64,000 bases of DNA from Veleropilina oligotropha (lineage: Eukaryota): NCBI GenBank assembly GCA_048128005.1, contig JBEUKZ010000010.1, forward strand, positions 248,001 to 312,000, in the 5' to 3' direction. The notes below the pieces were generated by a model. The model saw only the letters and a list, made by a program, of their open reading frames with translations, made no database searches and was not told where the DNA came from. Within the stretch, counting starts at the first letter, position 1; each line of letters begins with the position of its first letter. Below, piece by piece: positions 12,290 to 27,396 of the stretch. Position numbers and translations under genes: made by a program.

Positions 12290-14195
12290 ACCATGATTAA
12301 CAAGGAAAGTCAAAAAAATTATAAGAAGGAAATATAAACGTTGGAAACGATACAGAGAGTCGCACGACAACGATGAGCACGAAAAATATAAAGAATGTGA
12401 GAAAGAAAGTAAAAAAGAAATCCGAGCAGCCAAAAAAGCATTTGAAGAAAAGCTAGCAGAAAACATTTTATGCTTATATTAGGTCAAAACAAAAGATGTA
12501 GGTCCCCTGAACGAAGAACATGGAAACGTTATATCCGGTGATGCACAAATTTCAGGATCCTTAAACAAATATTTTGCATCTGTTTATACGCTTGAGGACA
12601 CCGTAAACATTCCACCGGTAAAACATATTTATGAAGATCATGAAAATGTGTGTGAAGGTATTTAAATTACTACGGAAATGGTTGAAAAAAAGATAAGCTT
12701 ACTAAATGTCAGTAAAGCTCCAGGTCCTGACAACATATATCCCAAATTGCTAAAATACGGTAAGGATGAATTAGCAAAACCATTAGCCCTGATATTCAAT
12801 AAAACTCTACAAGAAGGCAGCTTGCCTGATGACTGGAAATATTACCCCAATCTTTAAAAAGGGTAGTCGATCAAATACCCAAAATTACCGACCTGTTAGT
12901 CTGACATCAATAGTAGGCAAAATAATGGAATCTATCTTAAAACACATAAATACATTTGGCATTCTGAACCTTAGTCAGTATGGGTTTATGGAGAAAAGAT
13001 CTTGTTTAACAAACTTACTGGAATTATATGAAGATGTATCAGGACAAGGGCAAACCAGTTGATATTATATATCTTGATTTTCAGAGAGCATTCGATAAAG
13101 TACCACATAGACGTCTATTACAAAAATTAAGTAACCATGGCATTAATGGCCCAATACTAAATTGGATATGTAAGTGGCTAGAAAATAGAAAACAGAGGGT
13201 TGTAATAAATGGGATAAAGTCAGAATGGAAACCGGTACTAAGTGGAGTACCACAAGCTTCTGTTGTGGGACCATTGTTGATTCTCATATATTTAATTGAT
13301 ATTGATGACGTCATTACATCTCTAGTAAAAAATTTGCAGACGATACTAAACTGTACAGAATTATCGAAACTGAAGAAGATGCAAAGAAACTTCAAAGTGA
13401 CTTAAATAATGTGGTAAAATGGTCTGAGGATTGGCAAATGCTTTTCAACATCAGTAAATGTAAAGTAATGCATGTGGGTTATAACAACAATACCTATAAT
13501 TATTAATTGGGTTCAGAATCTATACAAGAAGTGGCCAAGTAAAAAGATTTGGGTGTATGGGTAGACCAGACATTCAAACCATCAAATCAATGTGCAGAGT
13601 CGGCCAAAAAGGGAAATCAAATATTGGGAATGATAAAGAGAAACTTTAATTTTAAATCTAAAGCCATCATAACTCGCCTATACAAGCAAATGGTTAGACC
13701 GCATTTAGAATATGCAGTGCAAGCATGGTGTCCATATCTTGCAAATGATATCAATGTTCTAGAACAAGTTCAAAGAAGAGCCACAAAATTGATCGGAGAA
13801 TTAAGGGAATTACCATATGAAGACAGACTAAGAGCACTGAACCTCACAACATTATCTTTGAGAAGGATAGGAGGTGATATGATTCAGGTGTTTAAAATGT
13901 TTACAGGAAAAGACAACGTTGACAATAGTTTCTTTTTTCAGATGAACCAACGACATAGCAGGGGGCATCAATACAAGATTTACAAAAAGCGATTCCGAAT
14001 TGACGTTAGAAAACACTTTGTCGATGAATGGAATGTAGTGGAATCGACATCTGTAAACCAATTTAAAAATCGCCTAGATGAGCATTGTAAGAAGCAGGGC
14101 AGGTTATAGAGGACAAGACAACTACAATGGGTTTTTATATCAGTGACATTAATGCGATTTCTAAACCCAAACAAATTATATTTAATCTATTTAAA
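12290..14195 (+). mobile_element. CR1-clade LINE ORF2 fragment, degenerate
   Basis: KAPGPD, PIFKKG..NYRPVSLTS, YLDFQRAFDKVPH, SGVPQ, FADD, RPHLEYAVQAW, LEQVQRRATKL; multiple frameshifts. Confidence 0.9.
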
Positions 14196-14489
14196 CGGTG
14201 TGCAAATGGGATGTAAATTTGCTCTTGGTCCAGACCAGATGCAAGTGTCATTTTACATTTACATACGGTATGTATATTTGCATGGTGTGCAAATTGGTCA
14301 TATGAACGCAATATACTTTTACACATTGACACGGGCTTATTTACAGGTGAGCACTAACTACATGAGTGACGTTGACCGACTGTCTGTCTGGCTCTCCGTT
14401 CTATATCAAAATCAAGTTTCCTTCGGCTGTGCTTTCGAGTTCAAAATCAGTGGTCAATATCCCGTTTTACCAACGTTCACGTTCATACC

Positions 14490-14678
14490 ATGACGTGTTC
14501 ATATCATTGCTGGGGGGGGGGGGCGATCTCCCAGGAAACACCCCCATCGATTAGTCATGGAAAACTATAACTGTTAACTGAACAAGAATGCTCCACCGAG
14601 CATTCTAACCCACTCTTGCTAGACAGAGCAATCAAGCGATTCAATTCAGGGCCAGCACTCTTATCCACTCGGCTACTG
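14490..14678 (-). mobile_element. Probable tRNA-derived SINE remnant
   Basis: Minus strand begins GTAGCCGAGTGGATAAGAGTGCTGG (A-box/D-arm-like); no complete cloverleaf. Confidence 0.45.
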
Positions 14679-15162
14679 GTACGGTCCGAATCCCTGTAGT
14701 GATGGAGATAGGGGTGCTTTTTCTTATTTCATGTTTCCCTAGACACGCGGTCCCAATTGCACACAGCGTTAATCGTCATTCCGTCCACCCATCATATCCC
14801 ATTTGATAATACATCACAACACCATCAATATTAATAGTACAGCTCTCACCATGTCAGCATATTTGTATTACCTGAATGTACATGACATATAGGCGGATAC
14901 AGGGGGACCGGACCCTTCTTTTGAAATTCATAAATGCATTTTTATATTACATTGTTTGTTTTAATACCAGTTTTAGTAGTTAGTCATAAAGCAATCAGGA
15001 TCACGTAACGGGTTTAAGGGTCCACATCCGATAAAAAACACATTTCAGAGCTGCGTTCGCCTCCTTAGTGACAAAAAACACGAAAATTAAACTTGGGGAA
15101 ATCGTGGTAAAAGAAAGAGGCTTCGCACAGCTAATAGTCAAAATTTTCTTACAGTTGCCTGG

Positions 15163-15244
15163 AAAATCCGGGATATTCTCATGTGACACTAAATCCTGGA
15201 TATTCTCATGTGACACTAAATCCTGGATATTCTCATGTGACACT
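15163..15244. repeat. 29-bp tandem repeat x3
   Basis: AAATCCTGGATATTCTCATGTGACACT repeated. Confidence 0.9.
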
Positions 15245-15885
15245 ATTTTATAGAGAGAGTGAGCACTAAAGGCTGTTTTTAACTTATGAATTCAAGTCAC
15301 AATGATTGGTGTACATTGCAAATTTATCAGCAATAATATATACAGTTGATAACTGACCAAGGCGAACAGATATTCGATATAGATATATGCACACGAAAAA
15401 TATTATTATAATCATTCATCAAAACAACAATTCATAATACGTAATATAGCATCATATGAGAAAAGAACTATCAAAGTACGATCTGCATGATACTTAAACT
15501 CCAAACGCTTTTCAACAATTGCATGAAAACCTGAAATAAATGTATCTTATTGTACACGTTTTACTTAATTGAAGGGGTAGGCTACTTGCAATAAATGAGG
15601 TCGAACTTGATCAGATAACATGCAGCTTTTATTTAACCCAATCGACACTGTAGATACATTGCACATGTCTTCTCTACTGGATAGTCGTAGCCTGTGCTGT
15701 CTAGAAACTCGGGCAGATGGGCTTCGAAATACGTAACATGATATACGGTATATTGTTTAGCCTATTCTTATAAGCACGCTATATTTCTCAAAACAACTTT
15801 TCGATCTTGTCTTAATTGGGTATATTATTTTCATTACTTCGATTTGAGCTCAGAGTCAAATTAGTTTTGAAGTAATCTGTTTTTA

Positions 15886-17000
15886 TATGCAAATTCGTTT
15901 ATTGTGACCTTTAATTAAATGCAGTAATTATGGGTATTTCGTACCCCAGTCGACACAACTCTACATGAACTGTGCTATAATGCTCTCTCTTTTTCCGCAC
16001 TTACGTAACAACATCTCACGATCGCGAATTCCCATCATCGTCTTTTCTTGTTTGCCTACCAGTAACGAAAAACCATCACTAGTTTAAAAGTGTGTTATTT
16101 TCTCTATTGTATTAAATATTTTCTGCCGTGGCCATTATAATAATCATCTTACCGACAAATTAAGCGAGATAGCCAATCTCCATCGCCATGATTACGAGGC
16201 GGAGTGCGTCAAGGTGGTACATTCACGCCAAGTTTCTTTTAAATATTTCTATATGGCGCCGGGCATGTTTTAAAATTATTATAACAACGCCTGTTTGTCG
16301 TGTCAATGCAGTTTGTGTTACGTTTTGAGGTATTGTCAATATATAGAAGTTATTCAATTACTGATAGTTAATTAAATGTTTATAATATAGAATAAAATTG
16401 TACATGCACACATGAATGTTGTGTTAATTTGTGCCTATTTTTTCTATGCAAATTCGTTTATTGTGACCTTTAATTAAATGCAGTAATTATGGGTATTTGG
16501 TACCCCAGTCAACACAACTCTACATGAACTGTGCTATAATGCTCTCTCTTTTTCCGCACTTACGTAACAACATCTCACGATCGCGAATTCCCATCATCGT
16601 CTTTTCTTGTTTGCCTACCAGTAACGAAAAACCATCACTTGTTTAAAAGTGTGTAATTTTCTCTATTGTATTAAATAGTTTCTGCCGTGGCCATTCTATT
16701 AATCATCTTACCGACAAATTAAGCGAGATAGCCAATCTCCATCGCTATGATTACGAGGCGGAGTGCGTCAAGGTGATACATTCACGCCAAGTTTCTTTTA
16801 AATATTTCTATATGGCGCCGGGCATGTTTTAAAATTATCATAACAACGCCTGTTTGTCGTGTCAATGCAGTTTGTGTTACGTTTTGAGGTATTGTCAATA
16901 TATAGAAGTTATTCAATTACTGATAGTTAATTAAATGTTTATAATATTGAATAAAATTGTACATGTACACATGAATGTTGTGTTAATTTGTGGCTATTTC
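15886..17000. repeat. Recent tandem duplication, ~559-bp unit x2
   Basis: TATGCAAATTCGTTTATTGTGACC at 15886 and 16445; near-identical throughout. Confidence 0.92.
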
Positions 17001-19094
17001 TTTCTATTCCAATACGCAAATATGCGTACTGCAAACAGCACCAATATTTATAACTATATTCATTAAAGTATACTAATAACCTCAGACTGGCGTGAATTTT
17101 GGTTATAATAGAGTTATGTTCCGTAGCCCGTAGCGTGACCCACAAAGAGCTAGAGAAATTGCAGTTTTATGTTTAAGAAATACATCTAAAGGCGTGAAGC
17201 GATGACAATTTCAGACGCATTAAACTTCAAAACCGCCTAATATTCGATACTAACAGAGATGTATACAATCGAATGAGGAAATTATAGCCACAGACCTTAT
17301 GAATTCAGAATATGTAATGATTAGCCTACGTCAAGTCAGTGATGTATACCAAATATACAATAGTGAATGCAAATAAATTACAATGCGAGTCGCCAGGGTA
17401 ATTTAGTTACTTTAGTGATTTACCATGTATTACAATACTGCAAAATTTTCGGGATGTTAACTGTGATTTTATGGTCATGTATATTACATGGGATACGAAG
17501 ATTGATAGCTTTTCCACCCGCCAGGTGAGCGCATATCAGGTTAATCACTGTTATGCAGATCGATGCCGCTATAAACCCAGTTGTTTGTTTGGATTTAACA
17601 GATTATATCAGATAGAGCTTTGGACGGATGTTGTTGTGTAACATTACGAATGTTTATCTGATATGAGAAGAAAACAATTTAAACGCAATGCCTCATCCGA
17701 TTATATGCAAACCAGTTTCGGATGAAGCCGTTAATTGATTCACGAGTTTCTAGATTCAAATGGTAAAGATGACGTCACAAATTCAAGAAACCGCAAGAAA
17801 CAGATGAAGTTTATCAACATTGGAAAATATAAGCAGAACATTTCAATTTAGAAAAGTTTAATATAATGGCAATTTTTTTTACAAATATTTGTATATAACA
17901 ACAACGCATTTATATTTAAATTGCTTAAATAATATTATGTAATGCCATTAGGTGATAAGGCGAAACCAGAATACAGCCATTGTACGTTGATGATGTCATT
18001 ATTACGTTACAGCTGCTCATTGCCTGTAAAAGAACCCTTTTTGTTCACGTAATGTAGTAATGTGTTTCGTAATTAAGAAACAATATTGCTTTAGGCCAAA
18101 CCGATTTACAAGATCATGGCTCATGTCTTCTTTTGGATTATTTGCAGCTTTAAAATCCCGAAATCGATCATACTTCGAAAAGAAACTTTAATTTTTCCAT
18201 GGGAAAATAACTGAATGATGCATATGAAAATTAATGTATAAGGATCACGGCGATCACAATTTTGTCTATCAATAAATTGATCAATGTGTGTAACGGAGAC
18301 AACGGAATTCATGGACAAAATCCCTGATACATTACATTAGTGTGGATTCAAACTCGAGAATCAGTTTGTTTTACTCCAAATTTTAACAAATTTGCAGTAC
18401 CATTATAGTCGGTTTATCGTCTCTATCCGCTAGACGGATTCTGCTGTGAAGACCACGTATCCGGGATAACTGGGTGGGTGCATGGATTGATGATTAATTA
18501 ACTATTGAACTGACCAGCATTTCTAAATGTCTGCCGCTATGCCCAGCTTTTGGGGTATTTTCACCGTATATTTGTGCGAATTGATAAACTAGAAACTCAT
18601 GCCATAAACTGTTGTTATTTTATTTTAAACAATTTTTCTACAATCATATTCAATAAATATGCTCAACAGTGCTTGTTGAGTACCTAACCGTAACCATAAC
18701 CAAAATCATAACTATAACCACATGTATAAAATATTATAAATCGGCATAAACAACTGTAAACAAAAATTATGTAGATCCGTGCGCAATATAGAAGGCCTGT
18801 GTATGTGACAATTCATCGGTGCACTCGAAGATCGAACTCAGTGCATATAATAATTATGGCTTCGTATCTCAACATCGTATATCCTTTCTATCTCTTCGTA
18901 GACCTGCCAACAGACAATGCTTGAATGAAAACATAGCATGACGGTATCTATATTATAATACAGCAATTCTTTATATTTCTTAATATTTGATTTCTTGCAC
19001 TTATTTCAGTGATTATGTCGTAAAATACTCGACCCCAAAGTACATCAACTTTTCGGTCACTTCTCTGTAGCCATGCCTTATCAGGTCCAACTGG

Positions 19095-20138
19095 TTATTA
19101 CCTTCGCCCACGTAGTGGTAGGAGAAGGTATTGCAATCGGGTCGGTTTGTCTGTCTGTGTGTCTGTCTGTCCACGAGCATATCTCGACAACCGTTGGTCC
19201 GATCAACTCAGTTTTTGCACGCGAGTTAGGGCCCACCATACGCTCGGTCCTCCTCAAAGATGATTGGAATCGGATAGCGGATTACGCAATTTCGTAATTT
19301 TTAAGACTTAAAAATCTATTTTATGTGCTAATCTGTATCAAAATACATAGCTGTCAAAAGTGACAAGTAAAGGTCATTGTGCTGACCTCAGGCTCGCTCT
19401 GTGTTTGTTTAAGCTGTGCGCGATCAATGTTTCCTTCTGCAGTCCTGCAGTGAGTCAAGACTATTTAGTTACTAGTACCCTCGCTGCTCATGTTACAAAT
19501 AAACGTTAATATTAAATACAAGGTAGGCAAAGACATTTAATCAGACTGTCTACGTGCATGGAGTATTAATTTGCATGACCGTCTTTCTAAAAACAAACAG
19601 TTGCGCTTTGACAACAACTAATTACTGGAATGCAATAATTCAGTTACAATATTTACTGATTCAAATCGTATTTAGTTGCCCTTGCCTCCGAATAGCAAAC
19701 ATACACTTTTATTTACAGAAATACCATTTTAAAAGTCCCTTTTCATTATATATTTCAGTACATATTATTAACAATATCAAAATTACCATTAAATTACCGA
19801 CAACAAAGCGGCAAAATATACTAATTAACGAAGCAAAGGCGAGTAACAGATATTTGTATCCAGCTGTAGTCATTGATGTTTACCTATTATTCATAGACAT
19901 ATCATCATATTTCTTGTTTTCCATGAATTCTCAAGCTTTTCTTTCTAAACATTGTTGCTCGAATTGACGCTTCCAACTGATATCAGCTACATGTCATCAC
20001 TGCAAACATTTGCATGGTTTGTTCGAACCGAAGGTAATTAGGCTCAATATGTTTTTTATCTATTATTCGCAGAGATTGTTATCTTTCACCATTCCTTGCC
20101 ACCGAGGCGAAGGTTTGCGATCTGTGATTGCCTTGGTT
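19095..20138 (+). mobile_element. Non-autonomous Helentron-type element, third family
   Basis: TTATTACCTTCGCC...GGAGAAGGTA, (GTCT)n, 3' GGCGAAGGT plus hairpin GCGATC..GATTGC and CTTGGTT; a related truncated 5' end lies inverted at about 20560-20772. Confidence 0.72.
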
Positions 20139-21099
20139 GATGAATGCTTTCTATATTTACAGTCAACATGAAAGTAGTTTGAGTTTAAATGAGTATTCCG
20201 CGACATTCTTATCCAGAGCTTTACGAGTTTTTGCCCGTTCACCTCATACCACTGTGACTGTCTTATCAGGACCAACTGTGAAGCTGAATAAATCTTCTCT
20301 GTGCGCGTATTTTAATAGTCGACATTATTAATTAATTCTCTTTAGAACAATGACTTTTGGCAATCGCGTGTATATAATTATCATCAACATAGTGGTCAAC
20401 GTTAATAGTTGATACAATGGTTCTCATGCCTGTTGTTATGCATGGAACGCCATATCGTGTGCGGTTCATATCGTTATACGTGGTGCTTTGGTAATTCGCG
20501 GTGACAAGGAACACGATGACCAAAACCAGAAGTATCTACGGCTAATAGTTCACCCATGCACTAGAGTGGACAATGAAAAGCGAAATTGACGTCATAGAAT
20601 CAGGATATCGACCCGGATTGTAATATTTTTTGTTTTTTCTTGGTTTACTGGTGTTTTAAGCTTCGGTTTAAAATTTGATCATAATCGGACAAGGAAATAC
20701 CGACAAACAGACATGTATACAAACCAACCTATTTGCAATCCGTTCTCCCACCACTACTTAGGCGAAGGTAACAACGCCGATATCATATATATACCTATAT
20801 AATTATATGATTTCAGGCATTCTTGGTTTATATTTATATTATGAACGTATCTGCTGTCATATTGCAACACGTGGTTGCGCTCGTGCGAACTGCAGTGAGT
20901 TCGTCTCCTCTCATTATTGTTTTGAGTCATTCATTGTTCTATAAATCGCACAAGGCCATTAAACGAAGTCTTTGCATTGGGTTTTTTCTGCCAAAGGAAA
21001 TGCAAACCATTCGAGTGGGAAGTTTCGTTGAGTACTTATACACTTGTGACTTTTAAGCACGTTAATATTCGGTCATTTTTCGCATTTTGCCATTTTTGC

Positions 21100-21932
21100 T
21101 TGATTGTTCATTCGGTTTGAGATTCTACGTTGAATACCTTCTTTCGCTTTTTTGGCTGCCGCGCACTTTCGTATAGCCTACTCGACGGAATTTATCATTC
21201 GAATGGGTATATTATATTTTTAAATAGAATTTATTTGGGTTTAAGAACTTGAAGCACATTACTGCCACTCATATTAAAACCCATTTGTCGTGTCTGGTCA
21301 TCTATAACCTGCCCTGCTTCTTACAATGCTCATCTATGTGGTTTACAAATTGACTTACAGATGTCGATTCTACTACCCCATTCATCGACAACCCGATTTG
21401 AGAAAAGGTGTTTTCTGATGTGTAGTTGGAATCTCTTTTTGTAAAATTTGTATTTATGCCCCTTGGTAGAAATTAGGTTCATCTGAAAAAACAGCTACTA
21501 TCAACATTGTCCTTTCCTGTAAACATTTTAAATACCTGAATCATATCCCCTCGTATTCTTTTCAAAGCCAATGCATGTGCCGTGCTCCTATAGTCTATCC
21601 TCATAAGGTAATACTCAATTTTTTTGCTCTTCTTTGAACTTAATTGTTCTAGATTTTTGATATCCTTTGCAAGATATGGACTCCATGCTTGTATAGGCGT
21701 GTTATGGTGACTTTGGATTTAAAATTAAAGCTTCTCTTTATCATTCCCAATATTTGATTTCCCTTTTTGGTTGATTCTGTACATTGATTTGATGGTTGAA
21801 ATTTCTTGTCTAACCATGCATCCAAGTCTTTTTCTTGTGTTACTACTTCTAAGGTATCTGAATCCATTTTATAATTAAAAGTATTGTTGTTATAACCCAC
21901 ATACAATACCTTACATTTACTGGTGTTAAAAT
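21100..21932 (-). mobile_element. CR1-clade LINE fragment related to 12290-14195
   Basis: FNTSKCKVL...EKDL...NQILGMIKRSF and the same 3' tail, with internal deletions. Confidence 0.85.
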
Positions 21933-22582
21933 GCATTTACGCCATACGCATAAAAGAAGGGTAACCTCTTTCAGATTGATGAATTATTACGTTGTTTATA
22001 TGTTACTTTTTTGTGAGCATTTTATTGATATAATATTACGTTCTATAGTAAATGTATTCACTTTGTTCACCAAGTGCATCATATTTAACACAAATAACGA
22101 ACAAGACCTCTCTGCTATTTTTTATATTGTATTTGAACATTTTCATACACAAATTCAACTTTATTATGTAGGACGTTGATTTCACGCCTCTTAAATCGTT
22201 TTGACGGCATACGTTGATGTTCCGTGTAATCGGTTCCAAAATAATTGACAAATTTGGTTGTCATTTTGATGAATGTTATCAAGAAATTGAATAGATGGCA
22301 TCAAAGACTCCCGCCATGCGTTTGCTGCATGCCCTGTTTTCGTGATGTATATAATACCAAAAAGATTTAAGCAAAGGTGCATATTTAACGACACCCCATA
22401 CCAGGCCAGGAAATTGACATGCGCCGTTTATGTCAGATAATGACAGATACTGTCGTCTGCTACACCTGCAAATCGATGTGAATTTAGCAGACGCAACACA
22501 TCAAAGAAGAAATGCAAAAGAAGACGTCAGGAATTGACACACTGTAGATTAAATCGTGCATGACAATTATTGGTAAACACAG

Positions 22583-23468
22583 CCGTGCGTTCAGGATCGA
22601 CTTTCTAGCAAAACATTTTTCAAAAGCGCTTTGCATGCTTTATGAACGTTCTTTGGTGTTGAAAACGTTTTCCAAAATGGCCGATTATATCGACTTGATC
22701 TACGAATGTGCTAATGATAACACCTTTGCGCCTGCCAATCCATCAATTATCTCAGTGGTGAACTTCCATATACTATTAAAGCTGGTCCGTGTTGATCACT
22801 ACGGAACAGACCAATCCTTGTCGAAGGCTATATATTGACACTTTCGTCCCGTATTACCGAAATTTTGATTAAATAAATAAAATTATTATAGAACTTTAAA
22901 ACAACAACTTCGACAATTCTTGTATTATCCGATTGTTAGTACAACTATCAAATATAAATAACAACGACATACGATATAAAATTGTTTCCTTTCGTGTCAC
23001 CAACTGCTGCTTGACTTATCGGCCATTATCATTGTTTACATAATATTTTCATATATTCCAATGTAAATCGCTGAATTGCGTAGTTATCTGCCCTTGCTAG
23101 AATTTGTCGAATACAGCACAAGAGGTAAAGCTTAGCACCATAAGCTATCAGTAGAAACTTTATATTAAACTATTTTCCTCTTAATTTACATAAAATTATT
23201 TCAATTAAGACTCTGATTAATAATCAGAGTCTTAATTGATAATAATTTGTGACTCCCTAATGCATCCAATGTCGCAAAATAAATTAGACATTCAGTCCTT
23301 TATTCATTCGGTTTTTCGTTTTCGTCCGCCATCTTGGTCACGCGGCGTGTAACCTACGAAGGCCGCACGCCGTTTGAAAAACGTTTTCATAAAGCGCTCT
23401 GCTAGTTGAACAACAAAACGCTAAATGTTTTGTCTTTAGACAAAACGTTTTGCATCCTGAACGCACGG
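22583..23468. mobile_element. MITE with short TIRs
   Basis: CCGTGCGTTCAGGAT / ATCCTGAACGCACGG flanked by CAG on both sides (possible 3-bp TSD). Confidence 0.65.
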
Positions 23469-24354
23469 CAGTCATGTCGTCTGCTCAACGACCCATCATA
23501 ATTTATCAACGCAAATTGTCTTGTATTATATTGACAGACGGTTAAATTTAATTTACATATCCATAAAGCGTTACTATAGGCAGCTGACGAATAGATAATT
23601 TGATCGCATAAAATGAAATTTTATCTTAAATGTATTTTTATTCCAATAATTGCGTTGAATGGATCATACGTTTCTATGTATAAAAACACTGATGTGTAAC
23701 GTTGATTTTCTGTTGAAACGTAAAATATTACAAGCCTAAAAGTAATATATCATTCTGGTGTAGAGTTTTCGGTGAAGCATCCATATCAGTTCATTTCTTT
23801 AACAGTGATCTCTACATTGGTTGAATTAATTTGTAGCGATCAGTATCACGTTAACTCTCCGTCAATCAATATCGCTGTCTTCATTAAGTTCAAACTAAAA
23901 TTATATCGAAATAAACTTAGTAATATGAGATATTTAATTCGCCAATCTAACAATACGCTTCCTTTACGTGGTCGTGAGTGCTTCCCTTCTTGTGCATTTA
24001 AATCTAGATATGTTCTGTTCGACAAACGGATGTTCAAGCGTTCAGATTTTAATTATCACCGACGATGACGTAACACTGACGTGTGCAATACAGATGCTCT
24101 CAGCTTGGATCATTGCCAGCATTATGTCGATGCTGAAACAGAAACACTATTTCAATTTGAACTCGCGCCGACATTGATGATTGAATCGTTATTTATGCCA
24201 TGCTCAATTCCGGATAATTATAATATGTTGTAGGTAGCACCTAGATACGAACGCAGAATACGGATTATACACAAATAAAAATTATGAAATCCGTACCCTG
24301 TCTTCTTAACGTCTAGTGTAAGCTCACTCTGCTCGCATAGTCATAGTCTAGTCC

Positions 24355-24492
24355 CACGGGCCTTTGTCGCATGCCAGAAAATCGTTCGATCAATGATGCG
24401 CCCGGTCGCCTGGTATCCCTTATATAATGGATACCAGGCGACCGGGCGCATCATTGATCGAACGATTTTCTGGCATGCGACAAAGGCCCGTG
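24355..24492. mobile_element. 138-bp foldback (palindromic) MITE with 8-bp TSD
   Basis: CACGGG...CCCGTG near-perfect palindrome; TCTAGTCC at 24347-24354 and 24493-24500. Confidence 0.88.
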
Positions 24493-26076
24493 TCTAGTCC
24501 ACTCTGCTCGCATAGTCATAGTCTAGTCATAGTCTATAAGCCTGGGGCGTCGTTTCGTATTCTCTTTGCCTGGAGAGTGAGTCTAGTCATAGTCTATGAT
24601 CTCGCTGGTCCGCCTACTTCTTTCCCGACTGGAATATCGTCTCTTTGAAATTTTCCAAACGTTAATATGTATTTAATATATCAAATTTAGTTAAAAGTTA
24701 ATTAAAATAAACTTTTCGAAGCGTTTGTGCAGTTAATAAATTAGCTACGCGGTGAATAAATTGGCATAAATTGGCTGAATATGGCTACGCGGAACTATTT
24801 GCTGTTTAACATCACTGTATTTCATATTTAAAACGTTGTTATTAGCCTACCCTTTTCTTGAAAACACTTAACCATGTCATTTGCACTTCATTAAATTACA
24901 AACTGAAGCGAAATAATATGTATATTAACTATGTGGCGATCCGCCACATAGCGACCAGCGAGAGCAGAGATATAAGACTGGGGTCGTCGTTTCGTATCTC
25001 TTTGCCTGGAGATTGGTGTAAGCTGACACACATTCCGCGACGTCACTCATTAATTGTTGCTTAGCTACGCATTTTCTCTGACGTCGCAATTATCAAAACA
25101 TCACGCCATTCTTGCAGAAAAAGATATATGCACAGACGATAGCAATGGGTTTATATCAATTTGTCGCGTTATTAATGTTATTGTACTTGGATAATTTGAA
25201 GTTTAAAATCGGCCGTTGTCGTAAAAATACCGAATTTCCTTCGAAACATGGCTGACTCGAGTTTGCGCAGTGGTCAATTCGTGACCATCCGGTTCAAGTT
25301 GCAAGGTATGCACAGGTAGTGCAGATATTGTTGTTGTGTCCCTAATCTATAGGACGAACTTCGTTCGTTATTATAACGGATTTCATTCTATAGTTACAAA
25401 GTGCGCTACAGTATTTCATATATTGATTTATTATTACATCATAATGCTACTATTTTTTATTTATAATATTTTTAATATAAAGAAAATCAGCAATTATTCA
25501 ATTATTAAATGCATGGGTTTAATATTAGTGGTAGTAATGCGCTTCCTAAACCCCCCAAAATTATATTTAAATCTATTTAAATAAATCTATTAAAATTTAA
25601 AAGTGGATACGTTGTATTATCCGATACAATTTGTACATTAGAACTATACGAATATGTGCAAAATTTTGATTTGGGTTAAAAGTAAATATAACAGACATAG
25701 CCAAATACAATTGCATGAAATCGGAGCACACTGTACAAAAGACCGAATACAATATTTATGAAAGTCACTTATGTACGATAAGCAATAAATATACATATAC
25801 TATATGTTATTTTATTATTTTAAAATACATTCAATCTACTTTTTTTGTGGGGTTTTTTGATAAATCTCCTTGCCACTTCTTACATTCAATACGTGCATTA
25901 CATATATTCCTTAAACTATACATATATTATTAAACGAACAAAAAAATATTATTTATATATATGTTATATTATTTATTTGTACTATTACTTGCAATGTATA
26001 TATGTATTTGCACTGTATTTATATGCAAATGTAATATATTATAAAGGCAAAAAAATAAAACATCATCAAACATCAA

Positions 26077-26445
<369 letters not shown>

Positions 26446-27135
26446 AATGACTGGATGGCTGGTTAACAACAGTTGGCTGGTTGGCCTATAGAGCACACCG
26501 GGGATTACCGGCCTTGCATCTGGTCATTTGATGCATACATCAGGCTGTCAGCTGTCATACCGAAGCATACAATTCCTGATAAATCGGCTCTATCCGATTT
26601 ACGAGATACCATCGGCTTAAATAATGGACGGTCGTACTTTTGGATTACACACTGTTCAGGTTCTCGTTTGTCTTAAATGATAAAAGTATTATCCATATTA
26701 ATTGACCAGAATGAATACGATTTCCTCTTCTCAGTCGAGGTGTGTCACCGGGATGCCTTTTGTGTCCACTGACGTTCCCATTAAATCCTGGTTCCTGTCT
26801 CATTAATCTCGATGCACAAGACGCCTAATGTCGAAATTGATTATATAATAATTTTATCAACTAATCCAGATTGGAGGATTTGAAAACGACAGATGCCGTC
26901 ATTGTGACAAAGAAAGCTATTTCAAAAATTGAATTTAAAAAAAATATTTCTGTGTATAGAAGTAACTTTGTTTGGAGATATTTAATCAAACGGTGTTAAA
27001 TTTCCAACACCCTGACCCCCTGCTGGTAAGCCTACGGCTACATACCGCCATTGTCAATATATTGGTATAAGTAAGTATGTTACGTATATATATGACGTAT
27101 GACAAGTAGATTTACTAGCGGCTCTATCCTTTGTA

Positions 27136-27396
27136 GGGGCCGCTTCGGTAGCGCAGTGGGTAGAGTGTCCACTCTAAATTCACTGGCTTGTTTCCGCTGA
27201 CGCGAACAGTAGTGGGATCGACCCCAGGCTGAGGCAGCACACATTTGTTCAAGTTATGAAGCACAGTTGTCCGTGACTGGCCGAAGAGGGCGGGTTTACC
27301 CGGCGACCGGGGTTTCCTCCCGCGATAACACGGACATGTCCTGCCTTGAACCTCGATGTTATAAACATACAGGACATTAAGAATAATTCCTCCCTC
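27136..27396 (+). mobile_element. tRNA-derived SINE with V-domain-like core and 12-bp TSD
   Basis: A box TAGCGCAGTGG, B-box-like GGATCGACCCC, core GGGTTTACCCGG..CGGGGTTTCCTCCC; CTATCCTTTGTA at 27124-27135 and 27397-27408. Confidence 0.85.

Noticed and set aside
27136..27235. tRNA gene (also 41780-41860 and the 43.7-45.0 kb units)
   Set aside because: No complete cloverleaf; the first two are SINE heads, the last only T-arm/B-box motifs
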